The notes beneath the pieces were generated by a model. It saw only the letters and a list, made by a program, of their open reading frames with translations. It searched no databases and was not told the origin of the DNA. A stretch of 64,000 nt of DNA from NCBI GenBank assembly GCA_002633005.1, contig NMRA01000032.1, forward strand, positions 414,911-478,910, given 5' to 3'. Each line of letters begins with the position of its first letter. Positions within the stretch are counted from its first letter, which is position 1. Origin of the DNA: Phoronis australis. Its lineage: Eukaryota; Animalia; Phoronida. Below, one piece after another: positions 46,101-58,434 of the stretch. The position numbers and the translations under genes are program-made.

Positions 46101-49100
46101 GTAGACATAAGAACATCGCCAAAAACAGAAGGATTCGCGAGATGTCGTCATGTATTACAAGCGAAGCGACTGACCACACTAACTTCCTTTGTGAAATTCT
46201 TATGTCTAAGGAACTCAACTTTGGTAAGCCGACTTTGATGTCGCACAGCCGAGGTTACGTCGCGCATGCGTGGGAAGTTACTGGCATTCGTTTGTTCTGT
46301 AGTTTTTTTCCACTGGGGTGCTATTGTTATTTGTTACTAATGAAGGAAACGCCTGAGGATTCTAAAACCTGATCCCGTTTTCCACGTGCATCGCTGTAGA
46401 CATAATACGTAGTTATGCAAAAGATGGCGATCTGTTCCGCTTTTCCCGTAATTTTAGAAACTCACAAGTGGTCAGTTAGGTGAAGCAGGAATCACAACAC
46501 GCAATAAATCCAGAAACCTCAAATAATTAGAGAGCTGTTCGCTCCAGTCTCCGTCAGCGTTACGTCAGAAATTTTCTCCGGCTGTGGTCTGGCTTGGATT
46601 ATTGCCTCCTGGTTCAGAAAGCCGTGTGAGATTATAACCTTATCCTCTACAAAAGCCAAACACACAACAATCTGCACCTTATACTATGTCAACGTTGCTG
46701 GCGCTCCCCCCTCACACCGAAGTACAACCATATGACTGACACCACAGGATACGCTGGCTCACATAAGCGTTTAAAGGAGAATGCCACCCGACTTAATTAG
46801 TCCTTTTTACCGTCTTAATTGGTCTATATCCACATCGGTCGATCTTACCTCGCCGAGAGGTGTCGCATTACCTATGAGGAAGGTGAGAAACGACGTAGCG
46901 ACGTCAGTGGTTCTTCTGTAGATTGAGTACGCTGTGGTGTGGTGTATCGTTCCCGCTTGTGCGAACTATAAAAGCTACAAGGAAAGCGAGTATATCGTTT
47001 TTCCGATTTCCGCAAGAGCCCACAATGCTTCGAGAGTGGCTCGCGGTGGTGAAGAATGAAAAGTAGAACTACGCCGTTAATATCAAGTATGGGCAGTGAA
47101 ACGTCTCCGTGTCTGTGGCCGGCAATTCGTCGACAGCGATTTCACTGACGATCGAATGCCGACTTAGGCCTACTAAGCAGCTCATGCCAGGGCAGAAGAA
47201 GCAGCTGAGGCTGAAGTCGAATTTTGTACTTAGTGTGGCGGTTTGCGATCGGCAGGCAAGAGACAAACGCGGATCGGTTGTTGGTCAGTTTTTGATTATG
47301 GAGACTTGTAGTTGGCCATGAAAACATAAACAATTACAATTAATTCAAGACATGAGAACATAACACTTTACATAACTTGTTTGATGACTGACTCGTTTGT
47401 CAGGCTTGTGTTTGGTCCTGGGTATTGGATGTATTCGCCAGTTCTTTTTCCCAGTCCTAAAAATGTCGTTAATAGACCTCTGTTCAGTTGCGGTGGAAAA
47501 TCAGGGTGCTCCGTGAGACACATCTGCGCTTTTCGAAGAAGGCGTTTCACTTGCGAAATTTTGTCCGTGGCAGCAAAAGCAAGTGTCAGTCGTTTTCATT
47601 ATCGTGCAGTTACTGCACTGACACCATGACATGTCATTCAAGCGGTTTTCGGAACGGCACCTCTCTAGTATTTCTTGTTCAGTGTATTCCAGTTCGAACT
47701 GACAGCCTGTGAAACCTAACGATCGACCTGCGAAGTCTTCGTCAGATCGGCTGGGCAGTTGTCTAAGTTGGGATTGTGAGTTGCCACCTTGACGTTTATT
47801 ATTGTGCGTTCAGTTCTATAGTAGTAAAATTAGAGGTAAATAGGCGCCCTGAGCCCACCATATGACCTTAAGCACTGAACGTATCTTACGGTGCGTAGGC
47901 GCTAGGTTCAAATACCAAGATGTGGTTGGATGCGCCTACATGCGCCTACGTGCGCCTACTTCCCATTACAGCACTGTGTGCGTTCTGTTTCAAAATGATT
48001 TATTCTTATCCTTACCAATGCTTACTGAAACAAAGACGCAAAGTCTATCTCATTAGATACAATTTGTAGTGCTTTTAGAGTGTCCGTGAGTGCAAATGTT
48101 TTGAGAAGCCAGCAATGAATGAATCACTGCGTTACCGGCTTTAGATACAATAAACTAATTGACCGGGCACCGAGGCCGTGTGAGCGCATGCTAATTCAGT
48201 GTTTGCCGACAGAAAGCTGTTGTGAAACACTAACTCTATGGTAAGATGTTTGGGGAATCTTTATTTAGTAAGATATTTATACACATTATTCGAATCCTAC
48301 TGGTACTGTACAACTTTTGCATTGACGGTTCTGTGGAAGGGTAACCTGACTTCGCGGCCCCTGACAAGCTAGTAAGTAGATTTGCAGTTTCGCGGCTAAT
48401 TCACCAAAATAATCATGTGCACGCTATTTCTTTGGTTCACTATTATAGTCTTTTCATGACTGGAAGTTTAGTTTCCAACTTAAGCTGGTTTATGTTCGTG
48501 ATGTCTTCAGTCCGGCCGCGACGGGCCTCAGTGATCGGGTTCCGAGCCACTCAGGCTGGCCGGGATAACAAGCGTTTTGTGTTTAGAACTGAAAAAATCG
48601 CAAGTCTAAAATTAAAACACGCAGTTATGTTCTCCTGTCCGTATTTCACGCACGAATAGTTCGAATTTATCACCGAACAGACCCCAAACTCCCGCGACCG
48701 ACCTTCAAGTTGGTAAATTGGCCTGCTACCGAACTTTGTAGGGTACGGTAAGCTTAAATACCTAGAAATCCGTTACAGCTAAATAAAACAACACGCTTGT
48801 TCAATAACTCGATGTATTTATAAGGGGTTACATCAAATTTTGATGATTTATTGGTGTAAAACGATGAACTCAAGCGATAAGCTGACACCAGTAAGCGTGT
48901 TGTGAATTGCTGATCAGACTGCGTTCGAACCTCTGACGTCATTGGTTAATTCCAACACCTCCGTCTGCCGTCAGGTGTCAGGTAAAAGAACTCTACTCGC
49001 TGTTATCGAGTGGAACTACTCGACCTAAATTGATACAAAATAGGTTGTTTTTTGGATGGCATTCTCTTTTAAAGATAGTTACTTTATTAAAAAATTTGGC

Positions 49101-52100
49101 TGGCGTCAGCTGACCAAGAACTGCCAACAACACGACTCCGCTACGGGTAAGGGAAACGGGAGAAATAAAGCCCAGCTGTGGAAACCTACTGACGTTTAGC
49201 ATTGGTTTTGATGCCCAATCATGTGATAATGCTGCGATTGCGGTAACATGGGAGATAACTACGACCGATGCTGCGAATTAGTTTTTGGCTAAACAAGTAT
49301 TCCTCAATCGTTAAAGTATAATGATATCAGGATTTGGAAACGCACATCTAAGTTTTAAAGGCACCCACAACCTCAATCCTAGGCAAGCATAAACCAAACT
49401 CGCGGAACAACTTCCACACGGTACCCCCTAAGCTCCTCACATTCCCCCCATACCCGGTGATCAACTTCCTCATAGACTTGCAGAAAACTCTCAGTTGTCA
49501 AATGTTCCTTCAAGCTAAACTACGATGATCTGATTTGTAAGTGTATTTGAACATTTCAAAATCTCTTCTATCTTTCATTTTAAGTTATGCTTTGTTACAA
49601 CTTATACAATTGCTGCCCAGTGGTTTCAATGTTACACTGTTCCTTTTCGGAAAACCTTTAAAAAGATACAAAAATAGAACCACAGATGTATTGCAAACCC
49701 AAAAGCAAATGTTCGGCTCGAGTGGCATTGTGAGCAGTGGGCATGGTGAACATAACCCGCGTTTATTACCTGGATAGTTACAACAGTTGAGGTTTTAAAA
49801 ACATGTAATTTATACACCGGTTAACCTCACCTCTGACAGAACAATAAAGAACTATTTGTCAGAAAGGCCTTTCCCACGAGCTCCGAAGCTTCGGTGTTAA
49901 CGAAATATCGGTCAATGGGAACATTTAATTCCGGCCTTGGATTGAAAGTAAAGCGCAAGTTTATTCCGGAGTAAAGAGGTAGATTTAGAAGTGAAGCGTC
50001 GACGCTTTGCTACAATGGGAACGCTTAACGTCGATGCCACCAAAGTGATCAGTAGGGGTCACTGCGTTTGCTAAGAGCAAGTGGGACTGGTTAATATTGG
50101 TTAATTTTTCGTTGTTATATTTATCTTTTTGGCAGTATAATCGTTATTTTTTAATTTATTCATGTATTTGCTAGATTATTTATATTACCAAAAAATCCCT
50201 AAATGTACACCAAACAAGTTTCCGCTATTCACCATACTGAAGTAGTCAGATCAGCTGTTACTCAGCCACCTTGCGATAACTCTCTAAATTAGTTGTGTAA
50301 ATAACTCCGAAACTGAATGAAACGTTAACACTTAACTTCGCGGCTAACCACTGATAGTAGCGGATTTTCCTCTAGTCAAGCCTTTTTATAGAAATGGCAA
50401 TGCTATTTTGATAAAATTGCAGACGGCTGCACGAAAGTAGACTTTCTATGTGAAAACCAAGGTCTCGTGTTTCGAAATTGCGTGTGCCTCTGCCCGGGCG
50501 GTTTGGCTGGAGAAAGATGTTCTGAAGCTGCGCCCTCTGTTGGAGGTAGGTCTTGTCGGTTTTGTGTTCGAAGGCATACCAGGGCCCGGTCTTCAATCGT
50601 ATTACTCGAAACGGAACTCGAAATTAGGTTTGGCATTTTCTGCTCTACTTTTGGGCGAACTCAAGATAAGTGTCTATTATTCTATGCTCGAGTACTCAAT
50701 AACTTACCGTCGTAGATAATTTATTGCCCTTAGTTCACAGTTTGTAAACCCAATGTTAAAGCAATAAGTTCAAGTTTGAACTAGAAATTTCGAGTTTTTA
50801 CTCGAGTTTGTAGCACGAATATAAGGGTCTTCAAGGGCAAACTTGAACTAGAAACATCTATGCATAAACTATAATGTATTCGATCGCAGTCTGATAACTA
50901 ATTATCTTAAGCTCGCACAAAAGGAGCAGAGAAATTGCCAAAAATAGTTTCGAGTTCGTTTCGAGTACAAAGATTAGAGACCGGGCCCAGATCCCTGGTT
51001 TACGATTTTGTATTAGTAAGTAGGTTTAGAAATAGCAAAAAATAAAGAAGTCACACTAGGATTTAATTTTGCACTATAAGATGGCACTTTCTGCCAAGAT
51101 AAGAAAACGTCCGTCAAAATATCTCGTGAGATTAGTACTTATTGGTGGTGAACTTTGGGGTGGTGTAAACCGGTTGTTGAAAGCCTTACTATGGAGTAGA
51201 CATATCAGATCACCAGCATGTTAGCCCGTTCAAAATTGGGTCCGGTGGCTCTACCCAGGGAATCCGACACAATTTGACTGAGTCGTTTCTCAGAGCAGCC
51301 TATCCGTAATATTTTGCACTACTTTTAATGTATTCGCGACTTGTGACTATGATGATCTCAGCGCGCGTTCTTACTACTTCTCTTCTTTTCACAGCATGTG
51401 GTGGTACGTACACCGCCCTGACGGGTACCATTACTTCCCCTCACTACCCTGGCAACTACGGCCACGACTCCAAATGTAACTGGCTAATAAAGGTAAATGA
51501 CGAATGTACCAAACTCTGAAATTTGTTGAAACTCCCTCAGAAAGGATATACCTACTCATGTTATAAGGTCCAGCATGACTTTGCGAGAAGAAATCGTGAG
51601 AAGACTGGGTTTGGTATTGTTTGGGTCAGTCAGGCAGTTCGTAACGAAGATTTATTTGTACTCGGATTCAAACAAAGGTGTAAAGACACAGATGAACTGC
51701 AATGGCTGGACGAAATATCATCTCTAGTTTCTTATAAATTGTTTTTAGAAGAATATGCAAGATGTCTAGACAAAAAATATTTAATCACAGCTCTTGGACG
51801 TTTTAGATGTTCAAATCGTTCTTATAAATTGTCCTAGAAGAATAAGCAAGATAACTAGACAAAAAAATATTTAATCACAGCTCTTGGACGTTTTAGATGT
51901 TCAAATCGTTCTTATAAATTGTTTCTAGAAGAATAAGCAAGTTAACTAGACAAAATATATTTAATCACAGCTTTTGGCCGTTTTAGATGTTCAAATCGTG
52001 TACTAAAAATCGAAACTGGTAGACACTTGGGTATAGTAGTAATCAGCGTTCCTGCTCTGTTTGTTCTGAAACGGTTGAGGATGAAATACAAGTCGGTATT

Positions 52101-55100
52101 TGTCGTAATATTAAGAACTTCGATGGTGATCCTTTCATTTATTTGATGAAGTCTTGCAACGTTTATAACTTAGCTCGCTTCATTCGTCAAGTTTATATTG
52201 TGCATAGTTAATTTAATAGTCCTTATTATGTCAACCACTTTGCTAATTAAGTGTTTGTATTTGCTACTTGCATACTTTTATATGGGCCGGAGGCCTAAGT
52301 ACTGAAATAAATTGGCGTAAGAATTCACTTTAAATATCCGCTTCTTTGTCTTCCAAATCCTGCAAATGAATTTGTATCAAAAGGCTAATCATGACTATCT
52401 TCGGTTATTGGATGGAACTGACTGTGACAGTGCCCCATAGTGGCAACTTTTTTTGCTGTTAACTTAATATCCACCAGGAAAGCATTTGTCAATTTTCGGA
52501 TAATAAGCACTGCATCCCGTAGATTCACAGATTTTAAGTTCACTACCGTTGGTCACTTGGAAATGTTAACACCCCTTATTTCTGTGCCAGTTGGAATGCA
52601 CATGGTGAGCGCAAAGCAACGCATTGCTTTGCTTTTGAATATGAGATATGGCGACATGTGAGTATTTGCATACATGGAAAGTACTTCCGTCTTGTCATGC
52701 AATGGGAAGTGCGGACATTGGACGGAAAGATTGGGCCTCCAAATGGAAACGATAAGCTCTACGAGGCATGGGGAAGTTCGGACAAGAAATGAGGTTTTGA
52801 AGGAAAGGACAGTCATGTTATTTTTTCGCTTAAGAAACGCCCCAATTAATTGATTAATTAAATACACTTTTTCGACGTAATTATTATGTTTGACCTATTA
52901 TATTAATAACGCCTGACATGTGAATACCCGTTCTCTCTATACAAGGTGTCGTCAAAAGAATGGAAAAGAATCTTGCAAATGAGATTTGTTATTGTTTGGT
53001 CATTATAGGGGCCTCCTGGAGCAACCATTAAACTTGTCTTTGAGGATTTTGACCTTGAACCGGATGGAAAGTGGTGCAGATACGACTATTTGGAAGTCAA
53101 GTCTAATGGTGTTCAACACGGAGGACCGAGGTAATTATTCTTTGATGTGGAGTGCGACAACATTTTTAGAGAACTCATTGTCAGAAAGTTTGTTTGGCCC
53201 CGAGAGAGTCATACATACTATGTGACAAAATCAGAGAAAGGAGACAAATTCCACGACGTTTGATGCTGCGCAAGGAGAAACGAACCTTCCTCGCAGCGCC
53301 CTCATGTGACCATAATGGCTCTGCAAAGACATTAGGAATTTACAGTCCCGTTTAGACATCAACTTTTGGCCCGGCGCAACTGACACGGAGCAAATTGATC
53401 GGTATCAAGCGTCCGTTTACACATACAGCTCACTAACTGTAGCAATACGGAAATTGTAGGCTGGAGAATGGATCACACATGCGCGGGTTTACAAATGACG
53501 GGAGTTGAAGAGACCGAGAACCTGTATTTAGGTCATTACACAAGCGCAGTAGAGATGATCCTTTCCGCCCTGAACCAGTTTCGCGTTTAGACACATAATT
53601 GACACGGAGCAAGATGTTCCAGCGCAAATAGCTCTACCTCACAAACGGGTGGCAAAAGTTGTCACCGCGGTGTCAATTTGCTACAGTTCAGTCCCGTTTA
53701 CACACATATGTGGACGCCACTGCGAGTGTCTCACCAGCAAACCTGCTTGCCGTCACAACAACCAACTTTTGATTAGAGCACTTAACATTATGGAAGTGGT
53801 CTCAAAGTGCTTCGTAATAAACTTAGGATTCGAAATATCTGACAGTCCATTCGTTACTGCTTACGACCAGGTGCTACAAGTTTGATTGTAATTTATTGCA
53901 ACGAGCTTAGTCTCAAGGAATCAGTTCTTTGCAAATCCGGAAATTACTTTTTATCTGAGTAAGGAGTGAGTTGTGACCAATTGTACAGCGGTATTTGTGG
54001 TCTGAAAAGAAAGTTCGCTCCTTGAACTTAAAAGGGGACTGTAGTCAAAATAATGTTGCAGTTAATCGGTTCTAACATACAAATAAAACTCACATTTGCC
54101 TGACTTGCGTGCCAAACAAAAGCCAATTCGTATTCATGGTCAAAACACTGAATTCTGAAAGCGATCGCTGATTGGCTGATGTGTCAGTGACGTGAACGGC
54201 AGGGTATCGGCTGCTTTACACATTCATTGCTTATGTCATATTTGAAGAGTTTACATCGTAATTTATCATTGTATCAATCGTCCTTATTTTTTATTGTTTG
54301 CCACAGTGCTGTAAAAGGTTCGCTATGCCTTTTTGTATGGCACCTGGTTGCTCAAACGCTTCGAAAAAGGCGTCTTCTAAAGGGATGGTCATCGCATACC
54401 ATCGCCGGGTTACCCAAGCCTTGGCCCAAAGCTCAGTGTATACTAGATATAGGCCTACAGGTTTAAGCCGATATGGGTAAAAATGTACAAATAAAATCTG
54501 ACTCAAATAAATGTCATTAAAACTAAGTCAGACTTGAGTAAACCTAGGAACCAGGTTCCTAGAGTAAACTAACTTCTGTATTTATCGGTGTTGGAAATGT
54601 TAGCGATCGTTCATCGGCTGCTGCTAGTAAAATTGTGATGTGTTCTCTTGAGACGGCTTTTTGCGATTACGTCACCTGACCTTTACCAGTTTCTTATCCC
54701 CCTGATTCTTTTATCAAGTGTTCGTCGCTGACGGCCTAGGTTGCGTACATGTTATAACAAATTATCGGAACTTGTTTCATTTTGTTTCAAGCTTTTAGTA
54801 TTTTTACACCAGCAAACCGAATTTTAGAACAACCTTGGTGCTGCGAAGCTGTCATCATGTCCCGAAAGACGTCTCAAATTTTATGAAATGGCGCGTGCGC
54901 CTTGTCACGAGCGTGCTGTTTTTGAAACGGACGACACACTTCTTTGTAAAAAGGCGGCAAATTATGCTACCAAATGACGTTTATTTGACTGTTTTCCACT
55001 TAAACGGCTGCAACGAACAATGGGAGTGTCGGGTGACTACCAGATTTTGCATGCGCCCCCGCCGGTCCGTTAGCTTTATATGTTGATGTAGCCTAAGTTT

Positions 55101-57658
55101 TACGACGAGGTGACGAGCATAACTGAGTCAACTATACCCGGGTAGTCAACGGCTGTCTGAAATTTCGGGGTTAACGGAGCTCAACACACAGTGGTACGAT
55201 AATCTTCATACAGCTACAGTCGGTAACTAACCAACCCTTCAAGTTTACAGAGCTGACAGTATTGGCTGACAGCTGGCTGACTGGATGGCTAGAGTCCACA
55301 TTGCCCTCGGCACAGTCACTGACACCAGTTGCACCGGCAAATTTTCGTCTGACGATGACGATGACTGGGTATCACTTTGTGTTGCCTCGGCTCAAACAGG
55401 TATCCTTTGTGACCCGACATTTCACACTAAAATTTCTTATTCCGACAATATGAAAAACGCTACTTGATTGCACGCTAACACAGGACAGTGACTTGGCCCC
55501 CGCCAAATACGTCACGCGACTAAGCAGCGCTCCAAGCCGGTAATTTTTTTGAGCTTCGTTAGAGAATATAAGTTTAATTTTTGGTGTTGAATTATTTGTG
55601 AATTTAATCAACAATTCATAGAAAACTATCCAGAATTTATTCAGAATAAAATACAGTTCCCTTTTAAAGCGGAATTAATGACGCTTTGGTGTTGTGTAAA
55701 CAACAGTCGTGGAGTGTTGAACGTTTCCACTGGATAGGAGTCTTGCCACACATTTTCTGCTGTGTCAGAATAGCATTCAATGGATAGATAACAATTCAAA
55801 ACATGTTCCAGTAGGTCTTCAACAGGCACCATCCATTAATTCAAATTAAAAAAATCACCGCATTTTCTCATAGTGCGATAGGAAATGCATGCACTTGAGA
55901 TATCTTCAGCTTGTAGTAAACTTCAAGGTATCCAAAGGTTCAACTGAAACAAATGGCAGCCTTAGAAGGCGAAACGAACACGTACTGGAGGGAAGGTCGT
56001 TGCGAACCAACAACCGGAAATGATTCAACGCAATGTTAAGATGCACTCAGAATAAAATCCCAGCCGTTTTAACAACACCAATTAAACGCCCGGGAGTTCA
56101 TTCGGAAAAGGAGGCGTGTAAACGGATTGGGTTTCCTGACTTTGACAATTGTTACTTAATCTAAAATTTAATGTTAATAAATACATAGTTCGCCAGAACT
56201 TTGTTTATTTTTTACAAATGATAAATGTTCCACAAAGCTTGGATTTGTGACTAAAAGTTGACGCTTAGTGGGCTTTTAAGAGGAAATTTTCCGAATAAAC
56301 GCCCCACTATCTGGACTCTTGACACCAGAAGTTGTAACACCAAATAAACGCCCATGGACGTTTCATCGGATGGGCTCATCTACGGAAAACCCCGGTAACT
56401 GTTAGTTATATCATATCGAAGAGCTGATTTATAATAGTACAATTATTCTTTGTAAAACTGTTTTCATACTTTCGATGACGTTCTTCAACACAAGATATAT
56501 GTTTGACAAAAATTTAGATATCTGCATTGTTGCCTAGTAAAGACGAGGACATTTTACTCCTGCTGTGTACTTTGCAATCACCGATCTTCTAACTAGCACT
56601 GTTTGCTGTATTGTTGCAGATACTGTGGGACCGATTTCCCGAGATCCATCTCTTATCACGGCGATTCTTTGGTCCTGCAATTTTCGTCTGACATAGATGA
56701 AAATTACAGAGGCTTCAAATTAAGTTATACCATCATCAACTCTAAGAAAGGTGAGTTGTTTTTTGTGTATTCGTGCTCACCCTGTGTAGTGTGAAATGAC
56801 GCTAGTAAAATCATCAATTTAACAAATGGCGTTCATTCACCGTGCCTTGAGCACCCAATCCGCCCTAATGTATCAACTCCAATGATGCTCTTTTGACTCT
56901 TCACGGCTTTTTTCGGTATTATTTTTGGCCCCGTCTACTTTTCTTTGATTCATAGTGTTGCTACTGAAGGTCCACATGTAGTTTCTGGGCATTTATTTAA
57001 CTAACTCATTTCAAGAACTTGAAGCCGCATTTCGCCTCATTCAGCTGTATTAATAATGAAAATCGAATTATGCCTTTTTACTCTAATAAAATCGATCTCA
57101 CAATGTTCCTTACTGTTGTAGGATTCTAGTAAAGTTTCCAACAGGAACATCAATATGATCAGTGACCCGAAACACGCTTCAGAGTTATCATTTTATTGGA
57201 GTTGGCCAACCCTAAAATTGCGGGATTCGAAAATGGCGCATGTACGCATTACTTTCGTCTTAAGTTGCCGGCTCATTCGATGATAACGCAAAATCAGATG
57301 AAAATGATATGTTTAGATCCCAAAGCGTTCAGCTCTACAGTTTTTAAAGTTTCTTCGACATCTCTTCACAATTTTGTTGACTTGTAAGATTGTGTTCGTC
57401 TTGTGATATATAGCAAAATATCTTGTTTTTTATCAATTATGATTTATGCACAAAACAAAATTGCATCTCTTTGCTTCGTCGAATCACTTTATTTCAAATA
57501 TTGTATTTTCAGTTGATGGTCAGTGGTCTTCATGGCAACATTGGTCAGCGTGTAGCAACGGACACAAAATGCGCATGCGCAAATGCAACAACCCTGCTCC
57601 ACGAAATGGCGGTCGCAAATGCAAGGGGCATTTGGTGGACTACTTGGCGTGTTCTTAA
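40142..57658 (+). CDS. Astacin (M12A) metalloprotease with EGF, CUB and C-terminal TSP1 domains, 11 exons, ~495 aa
   Basis: Exons 40142-40210, 40522-40777, 41202-41340, 43918-43987, 44504-44707, 45804-45933, 50423-50545, 51395-51492, 53009-53130, 56620-56750 and 57513-57658 (1488 nt, all phases consistent). Signal peptide; prodomain LEADMLL with basic cleavage sites; RWPKGIVPF; TCIRF; GCYSYVGR; zinc motif HELLHALGLYHEQSRPDRD; Met-turn SVMHY; EGF CENQG..CVCLCPGGLAGERC; CUB CGG..ITSPHYPGNY..C.W / CRYDYLEV / YCG..FSSD..RGF; TSP1 DGQWSSWQHWSAC. Confidence 0.93.
41500..41656. mobile_element. Small dimeric GC-rich MITE, CATG termini, 5-bp TSD AATAT
   Basis: TIR CATGGGCGGCGCA / TGCGCCGCCCATG with AATAT on both flanks, and two tandem ~75-bp units. 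A monomer relative lies at 63809-63878. Confidence 0.75.
41756..41803 (+). repeat. (GGGGCC)7 hexanucleotide repeat + G6, G-quadruplex-prone
   Basis: Seven perfect GGGGCC units at 41756-41797 followed by GGGGGG, in astacin intron 3 on the sense strand. Confidence 0.95.
44040..44279. mobile_element. MITE with CAGTGGC(A/G)GATCTAC-type TIRs
   Basis: CAGTGGCAGATCTAC ... GTAGATCCGCCTCTG, with internal G/C runs. The TSD is imperfect (CAACG on both flanks). Confidence 0.7.
46775..49068 (+). mobile_element. Second Kolobok deletion derivative (degenerate THAP + KolX)
   Basis: TTAA at 46771-46774 and 49069-49072, TIR AGGAGAATGCCACCC / (rc) AAGAGAATGCCATCC. Plus-strand frameshifted THAP at ~46935-47240 (WCIVPACAN..FRFPQEP..REWL..RVCGRQF..LRLKSNFVLSV). 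Minus-strand KolX at ~47710-47400 (GCQFELEY..RLNDMSWCQCSNCTIMK..CFCCH../CLTEHPDF..LNR). Confidence 0.82.
50583..50987. mobile_element. PIF/Harbinger-type MITE (3-bp TSD CAG)
   Basis: TIR GGCCCGGTCT / AGACCGGGCC, extended by TACTCGAAACG(G)AACTCGAAA / TTTCGAGTTCGTTTCGAGTA. CAG at 50580-50582 and 50988-50990. Inserted ~37 bp after the EGF exon donor. Confidence 0.8.
51523..52312 (+). mobile_element. 5'-truncated non-LTR retrotransposon (L2/Daphne-like ORF2 C-terminus) with an internal 3x90-bp duplication
   Basis: GFGIVWVSQ..FKQRCKD..W..SYK..ALGRFRCSN..LKIETGRH, then a degenerate C..C...VEDE zinc-knuckle remnant, ending at AATAAA ~52306. The tandem units start at ~51729, 51819 and 51909. Confidence 0.7.
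54032..55663 (+). mobile_element. Third Kolobok deletion derivative (THAP and KolX starts only)
   Basis: TTAA at 54028-54031 and 55664-55667, TIR AAGGGGACTGTA / (rc) AAGGGAACTGTA. Plus ATG 54325 gives MPFCMAPGCSN..AYHR (THAP start). Minus ATG 55420 gives MSGHKGYLFEPR (KolX start motif). Confidence 0.78.
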
Positions 57659-57984
57659 ACTTCTACAGAATGCCATGGGCACAAGCCTTATCACAAAATT
57701 AATGAGAGCACCACGAGTTTTCATGAAAGATTTCGAACTTTTTGAAATAATAACAATGATAATAAAAATAATAATAGTAACAACCGATTTTATCATCGGC
57801 TTGTCCATTTTCGAGCACACATCGGCAGTACAGCTGAGCACTGTTTGCTGTACATAGAGAGCTTTTTTCAAATTTACAGTCTGAGGAGGTCCAAGAGGAA
57901 AATTTTTCTTCATCATCCAAGTACCGTATACGCGCGTTTTAAAGATTGTGAGCCTATACGAAACTCGTGACAAAACAGATATCA

Positions 57985-58126
57985 TGGCCCAGTTGCATAA
58001 AAGTTATACGCAGTATAGCAACAATGACGTCGCATTATCACGCATCACGTTGTTATTTTTGACGTCATGCAACAATCAAGCTCATCCAGCGGCGGATAAC
58101 TTTTGAAGCTTTATGCAACTCAACCC
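57985..58126. mobile_element. Short Harbinger-like MITE (degenerate)
   Basis: GGCCCAGTTGCATAAAAGTTAT ... ATAACTTTT..TTTATGCAACTCAACCC inverted match. Confidence 0.55.
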
Positions 58127-58185
58127 AGATTTTAAATAACGCACGAGTGAAAAATAATTTTCAGCTTTATTAAGCAGTAAATGTT

Positions 58186-58434
58186 CATGCGCGCACCCAG
58201 CCTTCAATATGGGGGGGCTCTCAAATTTCTGACTTTGTGGACCCTTTGGTAATAAAATAGCGGTCTGACTAAAAAAAAGGGAGCACCAGTGAGAATTGCG
58301 GGTTTGTGCATGTTTAGTGGACTTTTGCTTCAGTTTCTCCTTTTTGTCTCTTTGAGGCGGACCTTTTTGCCTACTTCCCCAAATAGGGGGGCTCGTTCGA
58401 GCCCCCCGAGCCCCCCACCCTGGGTGCGCGCATG
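58186..58434. mobile_element. MITE with 15-bp perfect TIRs, CATG termini, 5-bp TSD ATGTT
   Basis: CATGCGCGCACCCAG / CTGGGTGCGCGCATG, with ATGTT at 58181-58185 and 58435-58439. Confidence 0.85.

Noticed and set aside
47868-48757. Further TTAA-flanked element nested in the second Kolobok
   Set aside because: It would explain the long gap between KolX and the right TIR, but the terminal inverted match is too weak to call.
49620-49780. ShK-like or extra Cys-rich exon in the astacin gene
   Set aside because: The Cys-containing frames are broken by stops, and exon 6 joins the EGF exon in phase without it.
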